From Mobula birostris (Eukaryota): a DNA stretch of 64,000 nucleotides. The stretch covers positions 14,529,884 to 14,593,883 of the forward strand of contig NC_092371.1 in assembly GCF_030028105.1 (NCBI RefSeq), given 5' to 3'. Position numbers and translations under genes: made by a program. A model generated the notes under the pieces. That model saw only the letters and a list, made by a program, of their open reading frames with translations, made no database searches and had not been told where the DNA came from. Position 1 is the stretch's first letter. Each line of letters starts with the position of its first letter. Shown here in pieces: positions 63,607 to 64,000 of this stretch.

Positions 63607-63621
63607 GGGGCGGGGCTTATA
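63607..63621 (-). promoter_or_regulatory. GC box (GGGGCGGGGC) with adjacent TATAAG upstream of the receptor gene
   Basis: Perfect Sp1 consensus at 63607-63616 and TATAAG on minus at 63621-63616, about 110 nt upstream of the ATG. Confidence 0.5.
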
Positions 63622-64000
63622 CATCCAACCTGCGCCTTTGTGCTTGTTGCACCAGGTTACCGCGTCAGTTCGTCACAAGATCAAACGGCTACGGATAACT
63701 GTTCGGAAAGTCTGCCAAACAGAGCATACTTTGGTCATGGTTTCTGGGGTGCAGACATGTGTATCGCTGACAAAAGCCGCATTCATTTCCTCTTGGTTAA
63801 ATTCCCGCAGAAGCTGGCGACGAGTCGACTGTGTGTACTTACTGCAGCCCCTCTTGTAATGGTACCAGAGACATTAGAACCAGAGACTTCGGCTGAACAC
63901 AGATGTACAATATAGGATAATTCACGATTTGGAGGAGAACCTGCAGCGGTGTATTCCCGTCCCTGTTACACCTAAACTGCTTGCGCAGGGTTCGGGAAGA

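Noticed and set aside
63427-63624. Longer N-terminal extension of the receptor from an upstream in-frame ATG
   Set aside because: That ATG lies upstream of or overlaps the TATA/GC box, and the extension would mask the signal peptide; the ATG at 63504 has a strong Kozak context.

Overview
Repeat-dominated vertebrate genomic DNA. It is inferred to be from a cartilaginous fish (shark or ray), based on the IgL cluster type and the repeat families. The supplied ORF track is mostly retroelement fragments or their antisense shadows. Two host immune loci can be reconstructed from splice sites. (1) A plus-strand single-cluster Ig light chain of the elasmobranch lambda/type II class (leader 20152-20200, germline-joined VJ 20308-20661, C 22327-22655), inactivated by one in-frame TGA. 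(2) An apparently intact 7-exon minus-strand gene (63504->59005, 328 aa) encoding signal peptide, a V domain with built-in J-like strand, a C1 domain, an uncharged TM and a cytoplasmic tail with a canonical ITIM (ILYASL). This is a non-rearranging, antigen-receptor-like inhibitory receptor and the best candidate for an undescribed system here. The rest is CR1 LINEs, Penelope-like elements (PLEs; three inverted-arm insertions with 12-14 bp TSDs, and 7 minimal hammerhead ribozyme copies in PLE tails), Rex1-like and R4/Dong-like LINE remnants, a Tc1 remnant, a Gypsy 5' LTR-PBS(Pro)-gag fragment, solo LTRs, and a 1.28 kb foldback element with ~405 bp inverted arms. All homology calls are by motif recognition; no searches were run.
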